Assembly (NCBI GenBank): GCA_944382875.1
Contig: CALWNQ010000045.1
Span: forward strand, 13,275 to 77,274
Origin: an uncultured Clostridia bacterium
GTDB lineage: Bacteria; Bacillota; Clostridia; Oscillospirales; Ruminococcaceae
Direction of reading: 5' to 3'
Length of the DNA: 64,000 nucleotides
The notes under the pieces were generated by a model that saw only the letters and a program-made list of their open reading frames with translations, was not told the origin of the DNA and searched no databases. Below, in pieces: positions 42,991 through 62,029 of the stretch. A program made the position numbers and the translations under genes. Each line of letters starts with the position of its first letter. Positions within the stretch are counted from its first letter, which is position 1.

Positions 42991-43866
42991 ATGGGGGCGG
43001 GGAAGATGGAGCGTGATTTCTTCAAATACTCGTATAAAATGGAGAAACAGGAGAACCTTTCGCTTGGGGTGTACAACACCGGCTACCAGCGATGCGAAGC
43101 TGGTTACACCTGGGGCCCTGCCACCCGCGACCACTATCTGTTTCATCTGGTGACCGAGGGGGAAGGCCGGCTCACAGTGCCGGAAGGGGAGTTTTTAATC
43201 GGGTCGGGGACGCTCTTTCTCATCCGCCCCGGCGAGCTGGCAGCCTATGCCGCGGACGCCCAAAACCCCTGGGTGTACTGGTGGGTGGGGTTTAACGGAG
43301 CCGAAGCACACCGGCTCATCCACTCCACCCCGTTCGCGAATGGAGCGCGGGTGTATAAACCCGAAAACGGCGAGGAGATCCGCCGCCGGCTGCTGGATAT
43401 CTATGACGCGCGGGGCAGCTCACCGGCCAGTGAGGCGCGGATGCTGGGACGGCTTTACCTCTTTTTGGGGGAGCTGATGGCGCACGCTTCGGTCGGGCGG
43501 ACAACAACCGCCCGCCAGTATGTGGACAAGGCCGCCGCCTTTATCAGCCGGAATTTCAGCCGGGACATCGGGGTGCGGGATGTTGCCGATTTTGTCGGGG
43601 TGAGTGAAAGCCATCTTTATCGGGTGTTTTCGGCGGAACTCGGGATGGCGCCGGCCCAGTTTCTGATCCGCTGCCGGATCCAGGAGGCCGCGTCGCTCCT
43701 CCGGAATACCTCCCTTTCGGTGGGGGAAGTCGCCGTCTCCTGCGGGTTTCGGGATCCTCTTTACTTTTCGCGGGTATTCCGGCGGATCGAGGGAATATCC
43801 CCGCGGGAATATGCGCGCGGCGGGACGTGGAAAAATTCTCCCGAAAAAAAAGAGGGAAAAATTTGA
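42991..43866 (+). CDS. AraC-family transcriptional regulator (cupin sensor plus HTH)
   Basis: The C-terminal double HTH (SESHLYRVFSAELGMAPAQFL...GFRDPLYFSRVFRRIEGISPREY) supports the AraC call. It is divergent from galK-galT. An alternative start exists at ATG 43006. Confidence 0.8.
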   Translation: MGAGKMERDFFKYSYKMEKQENLSLGVYNTGYQRCEAGYTWGPATRDHYLFHLVTEGEGRLTVPEGEFLIGSGTLFLIRPGELAAYAADAQNPWVYWWVGFNGAEAHRLIHSTPFANGARVYKPENGEEIRRRLLDIYDARGSSPASEARMLGRLYLFLGELMAHASVGRTTTARQYVDKAAAFISRNFSRDIGVRDVADFVGVSESHLYRVFSAELGMAPAQFLIRCRIQEAASLLRNTSLSVGEVAVSCGFRDPLYFSRVFRRIEGISPREYARGGTWKNSPEKKEGKI

Positions 43867-43874
43867 AATGGGTG

Positions 43875-43903
43875 TTGACACGGGGAAAATATTGTTGTAT
43901 AAT
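43875..43903 (+). promoter_or_regulatory. Consensus sigma-A promoter upstream of rpoB
   Basis: TTGACA (43875-43880), exactly 17-nt spacer, TATAAT (43898-43903). About 250 nt upstream of the rpoB start. Confidence 0.6.
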
Positions 43904-44156
43904 GATATACTGTATCAAAATGGAATCTTGTGCCTTAACTAAGGGTTCGCTGTGAAAAATGTCAGAATTTCCGCATGATGATTTGTGCAGAAATTATCTT
44001 GACTTTCGCGGCGCAATTTGTATTAAATGCACAAAGAGCGTGGATGGAGGACGCGGGGCAGAAAACAGGTTTTTGCTTTTTTCGGGCGGCAGCTTCAAAA
44101 AGGTGAAAACTTGTGTTTTGCGTTCTCGAAATAGATGAATGGAGTGATGAAAGCCT

Positions 44157-47954
<3,798 letters not shown>

Positions 47955-47972
47955 TGGAAGAAGGGGTAGCAA

Positions 47973-51497
<3,525 letters not shown>

Positions 51498-51517
51498 TCA
51501 AAATCCACAGAAACGGA

Positions 51518-51552
51518 CAAAAAAACGGGGGCGCTTTCGTCCCTGTTTTTTT
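51518..51552 (+). terminator. Intrinsic terminator after rpoC
   Basis: A-tract, then ACGGGGGCG-CTTT-CGTCCCTGT (9 bp, two G-U), then TTTTTT. Confidence 0.6.
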
Positions 51553-51562
51553 GTGGAAACTG

Positions 51563-51591
51563 TTGACATTCTGACGAAATCATGATACAAT
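51563..51591 (+). promoter_or_regulatory. Promoter of the str operon (rpsL-rpsG-fusA-tuf)
   Basis: TTGACA, 17-nt spacer, TACAAT, with a TGn extended -10 (TGATACAAT). Confidence 0.6.
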
Positions 51592-51660
51592 GAACAAGTA
51601 TGTTAGGGATGAATATTCCAAAGATTCCCGGACATAAACAAATAAGTAAGGAGGTGCCAT

Positions 51661-52086
51661 ATGCCAACCTTTAACCAGCTTGTAAGAAAAGGCAGAGAGA
51701 TGCAGCAGTATAAGTCCACCGCTCCTGCGCTGAACCGTGGTTACAACTCCATGAAAAAGGAGCCTACCGATCAGAGTTCTCCTCAGAAACGCGGCGTCTG
51801 CACTGCGGTTAGAACCCAGACCCCGAAAAAACCGAACTCTGCGCTTCGTAAAATCGCAAGAGTCCGGCTCAGCAACGGGATGGAAGTTTCCGCTTATATC
51901 CCCGGCGTCGGACACAATCTGCAGGAACACTCCGTTGTTCTGATCAGAGGCGGCCGTGTTAAGGACCTGCCTGGTGTGCGTTACCACATCATCCGCGGAA
52001 CTCTGGATACCCAGGGCGTAAACGGAAGAATGCAGGGCCGTTCCAAATACGGTGCCAAGCGTCCGAAAGCTGGTGCGAAGAAGTAA
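51661..52086 (+). CDS. rpsL: 30S ribosomal protein S12
   Basis: 141 aa. [11 protein letters not shown]...KKPNSALRK...VRYHIIRG. Confidence 0.97.
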   Translation: MPTFNQLVRKGREMQQYKSTAPALNRGYNSMKKEPTDQSSPQKRGVCTAVRTQTPKKPNSALRKIARVRLSNGMEVSAYIPGVGHNLQEHSVVLIRGGRVKDLPGVRYHIIRGTLDTQGVNGRMQGRSKYGAKRPKAGAKK

Positions 52087-52230
52087 GCTTCCAGCAGTTG
52101 CTGGGAACCTTTCGGCTGATGGCAGCTTTTCTCATAATGCAAAACGCGTTGTGCAAAAGCTCCTATTGGGCTGACGAGGGTTTTTACTTTCGAGTACCGA
52201 TGAATTCATTCTGTGAAGGAGGGAAGTAAA

Positions 52231-52701
52231 GTGCCAAGAAGAGGTCAAATTGCAAAACGCGATGTTTTGCCCGATCCGATGTATAATTCCAAACTTGTAA
52301 CCCGTCTGATCAACAACGTGATGTATGACGGCAAAAAGGGCGTTGCTCAGAAGATTGTTTACGGTGCATTTGAAATCGTAGGCGAGAAAACTGGCAAGGA
52401 TGCTCTCGAAGCATTCCAGGAGGCTCTTGAAAACATCATGCCCGTTCTGGAGGTTAAATCCCGCCGTGTCGGTGGTGCAACCTACCAGGTTCCGATGGAA
52501 GTTCGTCCTGAGCGCAGACAAACTCTGGGCTTGAGATGGCTCACCACTTATTCCAGAAACCGTTCTGAAAAGACCATGAAGGAGCGTCTGGCTGGTGAGA
52601 TCATGGACGCGCTGAACAATACTGGCGGTGCCTGCAAGAAACGTGAGGATACTCATAAGATGGCAGAGGCCAACAAGGCGTTCGCGCATTACAGATGGTA
52701 A
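52231..52701 (+). CDS. rpsG: 30S ribosomal protein S7
   Basis: 156 aa beginning (M)[22 protein letters not shown] start 52231 behind AAGGAGGG. The track start at 52213 lies inside the RBS. Confidence 0.95.
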   Translation: MPRRGQIAKRDVLPDPMYNSKLVTRLINNVMYDGKKGVAQKIVYGAFEIVGEKTGKDALEAFQEALENIMPVLEVKSRRVGGATYQVPMEVRPERRQTLGLRWLTTYSRNRSEKTMKERLAGEIMDALNNTGGACKKREDTHKMAEANKAFAHYRW

Positions 52702-52791
52702 TCGAGTTACCACTGTAAGAGTCCGGATGACAGCATCCGGTACGGCGGCCCACATTCCGGGCCGCATTTTATATTCAAATAGGAGGATATT

Positions 52792-54873
52792 ATGCCAAGA
52801 GACGTATCTCTCGAAATGACTCGTAATATTGGTATAATGGCTCACATCGACGCAGGAAAGACCACCGCAACCGAGCGTATTCTGTATTATACCGGCAAAA
52901 CGCACAAGATCGGCGACACCCATGAGGGTACTGCGACGATGGACTGGATGGCGCAGGAGCAGGAACGGGGTATTACGATTACTTCTGCTGCTACGACTGC
53001 TTTCTGGAAAGGCCATCGCATCAATATTATCGATACTCCCGGCCACGTTGACTTTACAGTAGAAGTGGAGCGTTCTCTCCGCGTTCTGGATGGTTCGGTG
53101 ACCGTGTTCTGTGCAAAAGGCGGCGTAGAGCCTCAGTCTGAAACCGTATGGCATCAGGCGAGCAATTACAAGGTTCCTCGCATGGCTTTTGTGAATAAGA
53201 TGGACATCATGGGTGCAGACTTCTACAATGTTATCAACATGATGAAGGATCGATTGAAATGTCACCCGGTTCCGATTCAGCTTCCTATTGGCGCAGAGGA
53301 TACTTTTGTCGGTATTATCGACCTGATGGAAATGAAAGCCTACATTTATAACGACGAATTGGGCAACGACATTTCTGTCACCGATATCCCTGCGGATATG
53401 GTAGAAAAAGCGGAACAATATCATGCGGAAATGGTAGAAGCAATTGCAGAAACCAATGATGACCTGATGGAAAAGTACCTTGAAGAAGAGGAACTTTCTA
53501 TTGAGGAACTCAAAAAGGGACTGCGTGCTGCGACTATTGATAACACACTGGTTCCGGTTTGCTGCGGTACCGCTTACCGCAACAAAGGCGTTCAGAAACT
53601 TTTGGATGCAATCGTTGATTATATGCCTTCTCCAATCGATATCCCGCCAATCAAAGGTATCGATCCGGAAACCGGCGAGGAAACTGTTCGGCATTCTTCG
53701 GATACAGAACCGTTCTCCGCTTTGGCATTTAAGATTATGACCGACCCCTTTGTCGGGAAACTCTGCTTCTTCCGTGTTTACTCCGGTACCGTTGATGCGG
53801 GCGCAACCGTATACAACGCAACCAAGGGCAAATCCGAAAGAATGGGCCGTATTCTGATGATGCATGCAAACCATCGCCAGGATATCGAAACCTGCTACGC
53901 TGGCGATATTGCGGCTGCGGTTGGCTTGAAGCAGACCACTACCGGTGATACCCTCTGCGATCCCAAACATGAAGTTATTTTGGAATCCATGGAGTTCCCG
54001 GAGCCCGTTATCCGCGTTGCAATCGAGCCGAAAACCAAGGCAAGCCAGGAAAAGATGGGTATTGCTCTCGCGAAGCTCGCTGAAGAAGACCCCACTTTCC
54101 GCACTTACACCGATGAAGAAACCGGCCAGACCATTATTGCTGGTATGGGCGAGCTCCATCTGGAAATTATTGTTGACCGTCTGCTTCGTGAGTTCAAGGT
54201 AGAAGCAAATGTCGGTAAGCCCCAGGTTGCTTATCGTGAGACAATCCGCAAGGAAACTGATGTTGAGTGTAAATACGCTCGTCAGTCTGGTGGTAAAGGT
54301 CAATACGGTCATGTTAAGATTCGCGTTTACCCGAACGAGGCAGGAAAAGGCTACGAATTTGAGAATAAGGTTGTCGGCGGTGCAATTCCGAAGGAATATA
54401 TTCCCGCTGTTGACGCCGGTATCCAGGGCGCAATGCAGTCTGGTGTTCTCGCGGGCTATCCTGTTGTAGATATCCGCGTTGAGCTGTACGACGGTTCTTA
54501 CCATGAAGTCGACTCCTCTGAAATGGCATTTAAGATTGCCGGTTCTATGGCGTTGAAAGACGCTCTGCGTAAAGGTAACCCTGTTATCCTTGAGCCTATT
54601 ATGAAAGTTGTTGTCATTGTCCCGGAACAGTACATGGGCGATGTTATTGGCGACTTGAACTCCCGCCGTGGCCAGATCCAGGGTATGGAAGCCAGAAACG
54701 GTGTGGAAGAGATCCGCGCAATGGTTCCGCTGTCGGAAATGTTCGGCTATGCTACCGACCTTCGTTCTAAGACACAGGGACGTGGTCAGTATACAATGGA
54801 ACCGAGCCATTACACCGAAGTACCGAAATCCGTTTCGGAAGACATTATCTCTAAGAGAGCAAAGCAGGCATAA
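52792..54873 (+). CDS. fusA: Elongation factor G
   Basis: 693 aa. [29 protein letters not shown]. Confidence 0.97.
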   Translation: MPRDVSLEMTRNIGIMAHIDAGKTTATERILYYTGKTHKIGDTHEGTATMDWMAQEQERGITITSAATTAFWKGHRINIIDTPGHVDFTVEVERSLRVLDGSVTVFCAKGGVEPQSETVWHQASNYKVPRMAFVNKMDIMGADFYNVINMMKDRLKCHPVPIQLPIGAEDTFVGIIDLMEMKAYIYNDELGNDISVTDIPADMVEKAEQYHAEMVEAIAETNDDLMEKYLEEEELSIEELKKGLRAATIDNTLVPVCCGTAYRNKGVQKLLDAIVDYMPSPIDIPPIKGIDPETGEETVRHSSDTEPFSALAFKIMTDPFVGKLCFFRVYSGTVDAGATVYNATKGKSERMGRILMMHANHRQDIETCYAGDIAAAVGLKQTTTGDTLCDPKHEVILESMEFPEPVIRVAIEPKTKASQEKMGIALAKLAEEDPTFRTYTDEETGQTIIAGMGELHLEIIVDRLLREFKVEANVGKPQVAYRETIRKETDVECKYARQSGGKGQYGHVKIRVYPNEAGKGYEFENKVVGGAIPKEYIPAVDAGIQGAMQSGVLAGYPVVDIRVELYDGSYHEVDSSEMAFKIAGSMALKDALRKGNPVILEPIMKVVVIVPEQYMGDVIGDLNSRRGQIQGMEARNGVEEIRAMVPLSEMFGYATDLRSKTQGRGQYTMEPSHYTEVPKSVSEDIISKRAKQA

Positions 54874-54923
54874 TCACTGCGTGCTTTCCCAAATAACCTG
54901 AAAATTAAAGGAGGAAAATCCAA

Positions 54924-56123
54924 ATGGCAAAACAGAAATTTGAACGTACCAAACCCCATGTAAACATTGGTACAATCGGACACGTTGACCACGGCAAAAC
55001 CACCCTGACCGCTGCTATCACCAAAACTCTGGCTATGCAGGGCAAGGCTAAATTTGAAGCTTATGACATGATCGATAAAGCTCCTGAAGAAAGAGCTCGT
55101 GGTATCACAATCAACACCGCTCACGTTGAGTATGAGACCGACAAGCGTCACTACGCTCACGTTGACTGCCCCGGCCATGCTGACTATGTTAAAAACATGA
55201 TCACCGGTGCTGCTCAGATGGACGGCGCTATTCTGGTTGTTTCCGCTTCTGACGGTCCCATGCCTCAGACCCGTGAGCACATCCTGCTCTCCCGTCAGGT
55301 TGGCGTGCCTTATATCGTTGTGTTCATGAACAAATGCGACCAGGTTGACGACGAAGAGCTGCTCGACCTCGTTGAAATGGAAATTCGTGAACTGCTGAAC
55401 GAGTATGACTTCCCCGGCGACGACACCCCCATCATCCGTGGTTCTGCGCTGGCTGCTCTGGAAGCTCCCGAAGATATTAACAACCCCGCTTACAAACCGA
55501 TCCTCGAACTGATGGATGCTGTTGACGAGTGGATCCCCACTCCTGAGCGTGACGACAACAAGCCCTTCCTGATGCCTGTTGAAGACGTCTTCACCATCAC
55601 CGGACGCGGCACCGTTGCTACCGGCCGTGTTGAGCGTGGTACTGTTAAAGTTGGTGACGAAGTTGAAATCGTCGGCCTGAAAGAAGAAAAAGCGAAAACC
55701 ACCGTTACTGGTGTTGAAATGTTCCGCAAACTTCTTGACTTTGCTGAAGCTGGTGACAACATCGGTGCTCTGCTCCGTGGTGTTCAGCGTTCTGAGATTG
55801 AACGTGGTCAGGTTCTCTGCAAACCCGGCACCATTCATCCTCATACCAAATTCCACTGCTCTGTATACGTCCTGAAGAAAGAAGAAGGCGGCCGTCATAA
55901 ACCTTTCTTTAACAACTACCGTCCTCAGTTCTACTTCCGTACTACTGACGTTACCGGCATCATCACTCTGCCCGAAGGCACTGAGATGGCTATGCCCGGC
56001 GATAACCTCGAGTTTGACGTTGAGCTGATTACCCCTATCGCAATCGAAGAAGGTCTGCGTTTCGCTATTCGTGAAGGCGGCCGTACCGTTGGTTCCGGCG
56101 TTGTTTCCAAGATCAACGAATAA
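54924..56123 (+). CDS. tuf: Elongation factor Tu
   Basis: 399 aa. [25 protein letters not shown]. Confidence 0.97.
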   Translation: MAKQKFERTKPHVNIGTIGHVDHGKTTLTAAITKTLAMQGKAKFEAYDMIDKAPEERARGITINTAHVEYETDKRHYAHVDCPGHADYVKNMITGAAQMDGAILVVSASDGPMPQTREHILLSRQVGVPYIVVFMNKCDQVDDEELLDLVEMEIRELLNEYDFPGDDTPIIRGSALAALEAPEDINNPAYKPILELMDAVDEWIPTPERDDNKPFLMPVEDVFTITGRGTVATGRVERGTVKVGDEVEIVGLKEEKAKTTVTGVEMFRKLLDFAEAGDNIGALLRGVQRSEIERGQVLCKPGTIHPHTKFHCSVYVLKKEEGGRHKPFFNNYRPQFYFRTTDVTGIITLPEGTEMAMPGDNLEFDVELITPIAIEEGLRFAIREGGRTVGSGVVSKINE

Positions 56124-56140
56124 TCTCTTTTGCCAAACAA

Positions 56141-56173
56141 AACCCCGGTTTATGCCGGGGTTTTTCTTTTTTT
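56141..56173 (+). terminator. Intrinsic terminator after tuf
   Basis: AACCCCGGT-TTAT-GCCGGGGTT followed by TTTCTTTTTTT. Confidence 0.8.
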
Positions 56174-56289
56174 GAAAATATGAAATTTTAGAAACAAGAA
56201 CTTGCAAATAGCAGGATGCTGATGGAATTCAAAAACGCAAAAGATCTTTTGTATAATATGCGGAAAACTAATTTTTTACAGTAAAACTA

Positions 56290-57700
<1,411 letters not shown>

Positions 57701-57723
57701 GAGAATCCCAGATTATGCGAGAA

Positions 57724-57758
57724 GGTCCGGTATCCGGTTCGGGTATCGGGCCTTTTTT
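57724..57758 (+). terminator. Intrinsic terminator after gdhA
   Basis: GGTCCGGTATCC-GGTTC-GGGTATCGGGCC (12 bp including G-U pairs) followed by TTTTTT. Confidence 0.65.
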
Positions 57759-57821
57759 CCACTTGTAAAGACAAGGTAAACCTGATATAATAAGGGTACA
57801 GATTTAATGGGAGGCGATTGC

Positions 57822-58706
57822 ATGTATCAGGATGCGGAAGGAAAGTGCTGGTGGAAAGGAAATCTTCACACGCATACAACCCGTTCGGACGGCTTGAAAT
57901 CCCCAAAAGAAGCAGAAGCGCTCTATCGCATGAACGGATATGACTTTCTTGCGATCACCGACCATTGGAAATTTTTAGAAACGCGGCAAGAAAACGGATT
58001 CCTGCTGCTTTCGGGCTGTGAGTACGATGTTGGAAAGGCGGCTCGCGCAGAAACCGGCATTTACCATATCGTTTCGATTGGGGCGGCGCAGGAACCTTCT
58101 TTAAAAAGAAGAGAAGGTCTGACCGCCAACGAAGTGCTAAACGCAATCGGGGAAGCGGGTGGTTTTGCTGTGCTGGCGCATCCGGCATGGTCGCTCAACC
58201 GGCCGGATGAGATTGAAAAGCTGCGGGGAGTGGGTGCTGCCGAGGTCTACAACACCTTTTCCGGATTGCCCTGGAACGGCCGCCGCGCTGATTCGTCGGG
58301 GATTCTCGATACCCTTGCGGCGGCGGGCAGTCTTTTGCCTTTTGTTGCAGCGGACGACACCCATCTTTATGCGGGAGAGGAGTGCCGCTCCTTTATTTGG
58401 GTGGAAGCGCCGGAGCTGACCGCCGGCGCCATCCTTGCTTCACTGCGGGAGGGACGGTTTTACGCATCCCAGGGGCCGAAACTTGCGGTTTCGGTTTCGG
58501 ACGGCAAAGTGCAGGTAGATTGCAGTCCCGTTTCGGCAGTTATATTCTACTCCAATTTGGTCTGGTCGGCCGGGCGGGTGATACAGGGCGACAGCCTTAC
58601 CAATGTTACCTATTCCCTCAAATCGGGCGAAAATTTTATCCGGGTGGAGGCAATCGACGCACTGGGCCGAATTGCGTGGAGCTCCCCGGTCGCAGTGGGG
58701 AGGTAG
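57822..58706 (+). CDS. PHP-domain metallohydrolase (CehA/McbA-like)
   Basis: WWKGNLHTHTTRSDG...DFLAITDHW...LAHP...AADDTH motifs. Start at ATG 57822 behind GGGAGG. Confidence 0.7.
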   Translation: MYQDAEGKCWWKGNLHTHTTRSDGLKSPKEAEALYRMNGYDFLAITDHWKFLETRQENGFLLLSGCEYDVGKAARAETGIYHIVSIGAAQEPSLKRREGLTANEVLNAIGEAGGFAVLAHPAWSLNRPDEIEKLRGVGAAEVYNTFSGLPWNGRRADSSGILDTLAAAGSLLPFVAADDTHLYAGEECRSFIWVEAPELTAGAILASLREGRFYASQGPKLAVSVSDGKVQVDCSPVSAVIFYSNLVWSAGRVIQGDSLTNVTYSLKSGENFIRVEAIDALGRIAWSSPVAVGR

Positions 58707-58708
58707 TT

Positions 58709-59455
58709 ATGCTCGGATGGACATTGATTGCGGCAGGCGGAGTGGTTATTCTTTATTGCCTGGCGTCGACAGCGGCGGTGGGGATGGTGCCGTTCACCAA
58801 CCTGCTTTGTGCCGGAGGAGCGGTGTTGCTGCTATTGGGGATTCTGGAGCACCGTTTTGGGGAAACACCGCTTGCGGTCAAACTTAAAAAGGTGCTGCTG
58901 CCGCTTGCCGCGGCTGGGCTCGCCGTATTTCTGGTGCTGGAGGGGCTGATTATTGCCGGTGCCGCCAAACAGGACCGGGAGCCAGCCGATTACCTGCTGG
59001 TGCTGGGTGCCGGCTTGCGCGGCGATGAGATGAGCCTTACCCTGCAAAACCGGATGGATACGGCGCTTGCTTATGAATCCGGCGAAACGATTGTGGTTTC
59101 GGGGGGACAGGGGCACAACGAGCTGATTCCGGAAGCCGAAGCGATGGGGGATTACCTGGTGGAACAGGGAATCCCGGAAAGCCGCATCATTCGGGAGGAG
59201 CGTTCCACGAGCACGATGGAAAACCTGCTTTACTCCAAAGAGCTGATCGAAAAAGACAGCGGCAAACCGATCACCGAGCTGCGGATCCGGATTGTCAGCT
59301 CGGATTTCCACGCATTCCGGATCCGGATGCTGGCCAAACGAGCAGGCTACGGCGAGATCGGATGCTGCGGAGCGGAAACGCCTGCCTGGACAGTGCCTTC
59401 GAGTTATATCCGGGAGGCGGCGGCGCTGGTCAAATCATTTTTCCTGGACAGATAA
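58709..59455 (+). CDS. YdcF/ElyC (DUF218) family membrane-anchored protein
   Basis: About 248 aa. Hydrophobic N-terminal helices followed by DYLLVLGAGLRGD...IVVSGGQG...TSTMEN...IVSSDFHAFR, typical of DUF218. Confidence 0.8.
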   Translation: MLGWTLIAAGGVVILYCLASTAAVGMVPFTNLLCAGGAVLLLLGILEHRFGETPLAVKLKKVLLPLAAAGLAVFLVLEGLIIAGAAKQDREPADYLLVLGAGLRGDEMSLTLQNRMDTALAYESGETIVVSGGQGHNELIPEAEAMGDYLVEQGIPESRIIREERSTSTMENLLYSKELIEKDSGKPITELRIRIVSSDFHAFRIRMLAKRAGYGEIGCCGAETPAWTVPSSYIREAAALVKSFFLDR

Positions 59456-59467
59456 GGGGGCCTTTTG

Positions 59468-59869
59468 ATGGCGATTGAATATAAAGATTGTAAAAGTTTT
59501 CACGCAGCGGATCTGGAACGGCTGTTTTTGAGCGTCAACTGGGAGTCAGGGCGATATCCGCAGAAGCTGGTGGCCGCGATGCAGCATTCGGACACGGTTT
59601 ACTCGGCCTGGGACGGCGAACGGCTGGTGGGGTTGATGAACGCCATCACCGACCACGCTATGACCGCCTATTTTCATTACCTGTTGGTTGATCCGGAGTA
59701 TCAGGGCCAGTCGATCGGCACAGAGCTGATTAAGCGGATGCTGGCTCATTACTGGGATATCCCGGCAAAAATCCTGCTCTGCGACGAGGGTGGACAGGAG
59801 TATTACAAGCAGTGCGGCTTTGAAGACGGCAAACAGCTGCACGCAGTTTATGTGAGCGATTTGTACTGA
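59468..59869 (+). CDS. GNAT-family N-acetyltransferase
   Basis: About 133 aa. YLLVDPEYQGQSIGTELIKRM acetyl-CoA-binding segment. Confidence 0.7.
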   Translation: MAIEYKDCKSFHAADLERLFLSVNWESGRYPQKLVAAMQHSDTVYSAWDGERLVGLMNAITDHAMTAYFHYLLVDPEYQGQSIGTELIKRMLAHYWDIPAKILLCDEGGQEYYKQCGFEDGKQLHAVYVSDLY

Positions 59870-59904
59870 GAGCGGAGGTCTGCGGATTGGAACTGGAGCT
59901 GAAT

Positions 59905-60819
59905 ATGGGAGGATTTTCCTCCTTTGTGGCGGTGCCGGCGGATGTGGTGGACAAGTATCTTGCCACCGCGAGCGGCATTTACATCAAAGTCCTGCTGGCG
60001 GTGCTGCGCGCCAACCGGGCGGATACGGCTCAGATTGCCCGCAAGCTCACCATTCCGGAAAGCGATGTAAAGGAAGCGGTGCAGTTCTGGGTGCAGAACG
60101 GTATTTTCACCGAAGCGGCAGTTTCTAAAAAGCAGCCGTCCGAGCCGAAATCTCGGGTGGTCGTATCGGCGCAGAGCCTGTCGGCTTCCGAGATCGCTGA
60201 GCGCGCAACCGGCAGCCAGGAGATCCGCTTTTTGTTTCAGGCGGCGGAATCCCTCACCGGTGCGCCGATCAACTCAACCATGCAGCGGACGCTGCTTTAT
60301 GTCCATGATTCCTATGGACTGCCGGTGGATGTGGTACTGATGGCGCTGGAATACTGCTGGTCGATCGGGAAAAATAATCTCAACTATTTCCAAAAACTTT
60401 GCGCCGGCTGGGCGGACCAGGGCATCAACACCCACGCATTAGCGGAGGAAACCATCCGCCGTCTGAACAGCGAGCACAGCGACGAGCGTCAGGTGATGGA
60501 GATTTTGGGGTTGGGCGCCTATCCGCTGACGGCGGAGCAAAAGCGGTACATCCAGGTCTGGACGCGGACCTACGGTTTTGGCCCCGATATGATCAAACTT
60601 GCCTGTGAGCGGACACTCAACGCGATCAACAAACTCAGCCTGCCTTATATGAATTCGATTTTAAAATCGTGGCAGGAGAAGGGGATCCGCACGCCGGCCG
60701 ACGTGGCGGCAAAGGACGGAAAAAAAGCGCAGAATCCGGGCGGTTCGGGCTGGAGTCCCTCCTATGATATTGAGGAGTTGGAACGCCGCGGACTGCAAAT
60801 TCCAAAAGTTGACAAATAA
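59905..60819 (+). CDS. DnaD/DnaB_2-domain replication protein
   Basis: About 304 aa. N-terminal winged-helix-like segment, then two DnaD-type repeats (YFQKLCAGWADQGINT; LPYMNSILKSWQEKGIRT). Confidence 0.7.
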   Translation: MGGFSSFVAVPADVVDKYLATASGIYIKVLLAVLRANRADTAQIARKLTIPESDVKEAVQFWVQNGIFTEAAVSKKQPSEPKSRVVVSAQSLSASEIAERATGSQEIRFLFQAAESLTGAPINSTMQRTLLYVHDSYGLPVDVVLMALEYCWSIGKNNLNYFQKLCAGWADQGINTHALAEETIRRLNSEHSDERQVMEILGLGAYPLTAEQKRYIQVWTRTYGFGPDMIKLACERTLNAINKLSLPYMNSILKSWQEKGIRTPADVAAKDGKKAQNPGGSGWSPSYDIEELERRGLQIPKVDK

Positions 60820-60831
60820 GGAGCGGTGAGG

Positions 60832-61794
60832 ATGAACAGTTCTGCAAGAGAGGCGGTCCGACGGACGCTGGAAGAGCGCCGCAGCCGGGCGCGCGTGGAG
60901 CAGGCGGTGCGGATTGAGGAAATTTCAAAAAAAGTACCGCAGGTGATTGCTCTCCGCAAAGAGATGGCGCTCACTTCGGTCAAACTCAGCCGGATGATTT
61001 TAGAGCACAAAGCCGACCTTGCTGCGTCGCTCGAAAAGCTCAAACGGGACAATCTGTCGATGCAGGAGATGGAAAAGGATCTCCTCCGCCGCGCCGGTTA
61101 CCCGGAGGACTATCTGGAGCTGCACTATACCTGCCCGCTATGCAAGGACACCGGATTTACCGAACAGGGCGTCTGTTCCTGTTACCGCAAACTGGAGCAG
61201 GAGGAAACGCTCCAACGTCTGTCGGACAGTTCTCCGCTCGAACTGCGGGACTTTGCGGGCTTTGATCTGCGGTATTACGACCAGACGCCGGACGCTTCAG
61301 CTGGGACATCGCCGCGGGAGCTGATGACGCGGATTTTCGATTACTGCAAAAATTATGCCGAAACTTTTACGCCGGAGGCGAAAGGGCTGCTTTTTTCGGG
61401 TGCGACCGGTCTTGGAAAAACCCACCTTTCGCTGGCGGTGGCAAAGCGGGTGATTGAGCGCGGTTATGATGTGCTTTACGGAACCGCGCAGGGCTTTCTG
61501 TCTGCTGCCGAAGAGGAGCATTTCAGCCGGGAGCGCAGCCATCAGACGATGGACAGCCTTCTGCGCTGCGACCTGCTGGTGCTCGACGATCTGGGAAGTG
61601 AGTTTACTTCCGCTTTTTCGCAATCGGCGCTGTATGAGCTGGTCAACGGCCGGCGCGGTCCGATGATTGTCAGCAGCAATTTGAGTATTAAGGAGCTGCA
61701 GGATCGTTACGGTCAGCGAATTGTGTCGCGGCTGCTTTCCAAATGCGTGTATATGCGTTTTTTGGGCCGGGACATTCGCCAGATGAAAAAATAA
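60832..61794 (+). CDS. DnaC/DnaI-like AAA+ helicase loader
   Basis: About 320 aa. Cys cluster CPLCKDTGF-x6-CSC, Walker A GATGLGKTHL, Walker B DLLVLDDLG. Start at ATG 60832, 8 nt after AAGGAG. Confidence 0.8.
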   Translation: MNSSAREAVRRTLEERRSRARVEQAVRIEEISKKVPQVIALRKEMALTSVKLSRMILEHKADLAASLEKLKRDNLSMQEMEKDLLRRAGYPEDYLELHYTCPLCKDTGFTEQGVCSCYRKLEQEETLQRLSDSSPLELRDFAGFDLRYYDQTPDASAGTSPRELMTRIFDYCKNYAETFTPEAKGLLFSGATGLGKTHLSLAVAKRVIERGYDVLYGTAQGFLSAAEEEHFSRERSHQTMDSLLRCDLLVLDDLGSEFTSAFSQSALYELVNGRRGPMIVSSNLSIKELQDRYGQRIVSRLLSKCVYMRFLGRDIRQMKK

Positions 61795-61798
61795 AAAA

Positions 61799-61828
61799 AC
61801 CGGGGAGTGTGAAAACTCTCCGGTTTTT
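61799..61828 (+). terminator. Intrinsic terminator after the loader gene
   Basis: ACCGGGGAGT-GTGAAA-ACTCTCCGGT (10 bp, one G-U) followed by TTTTT. Confidence 0.75.
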
Positions 61829-62029
61829 CGGACAAAAATATATTATCGCCCCCACTATTGCAGGGACGATAAAAACAAAATTATTTGACGATCCATAAAG
61901 GACCTGTTTTCTGAAGACAAAAAATATTATAACGCTTATATCGGAAAAAATCAAGAGAAAATGACAGGAAAATGAAAAAATTGTTGCTTTGCATAATTTT
62001 TTGTCGAGAATCCTGTTACAAGTGGCAGG

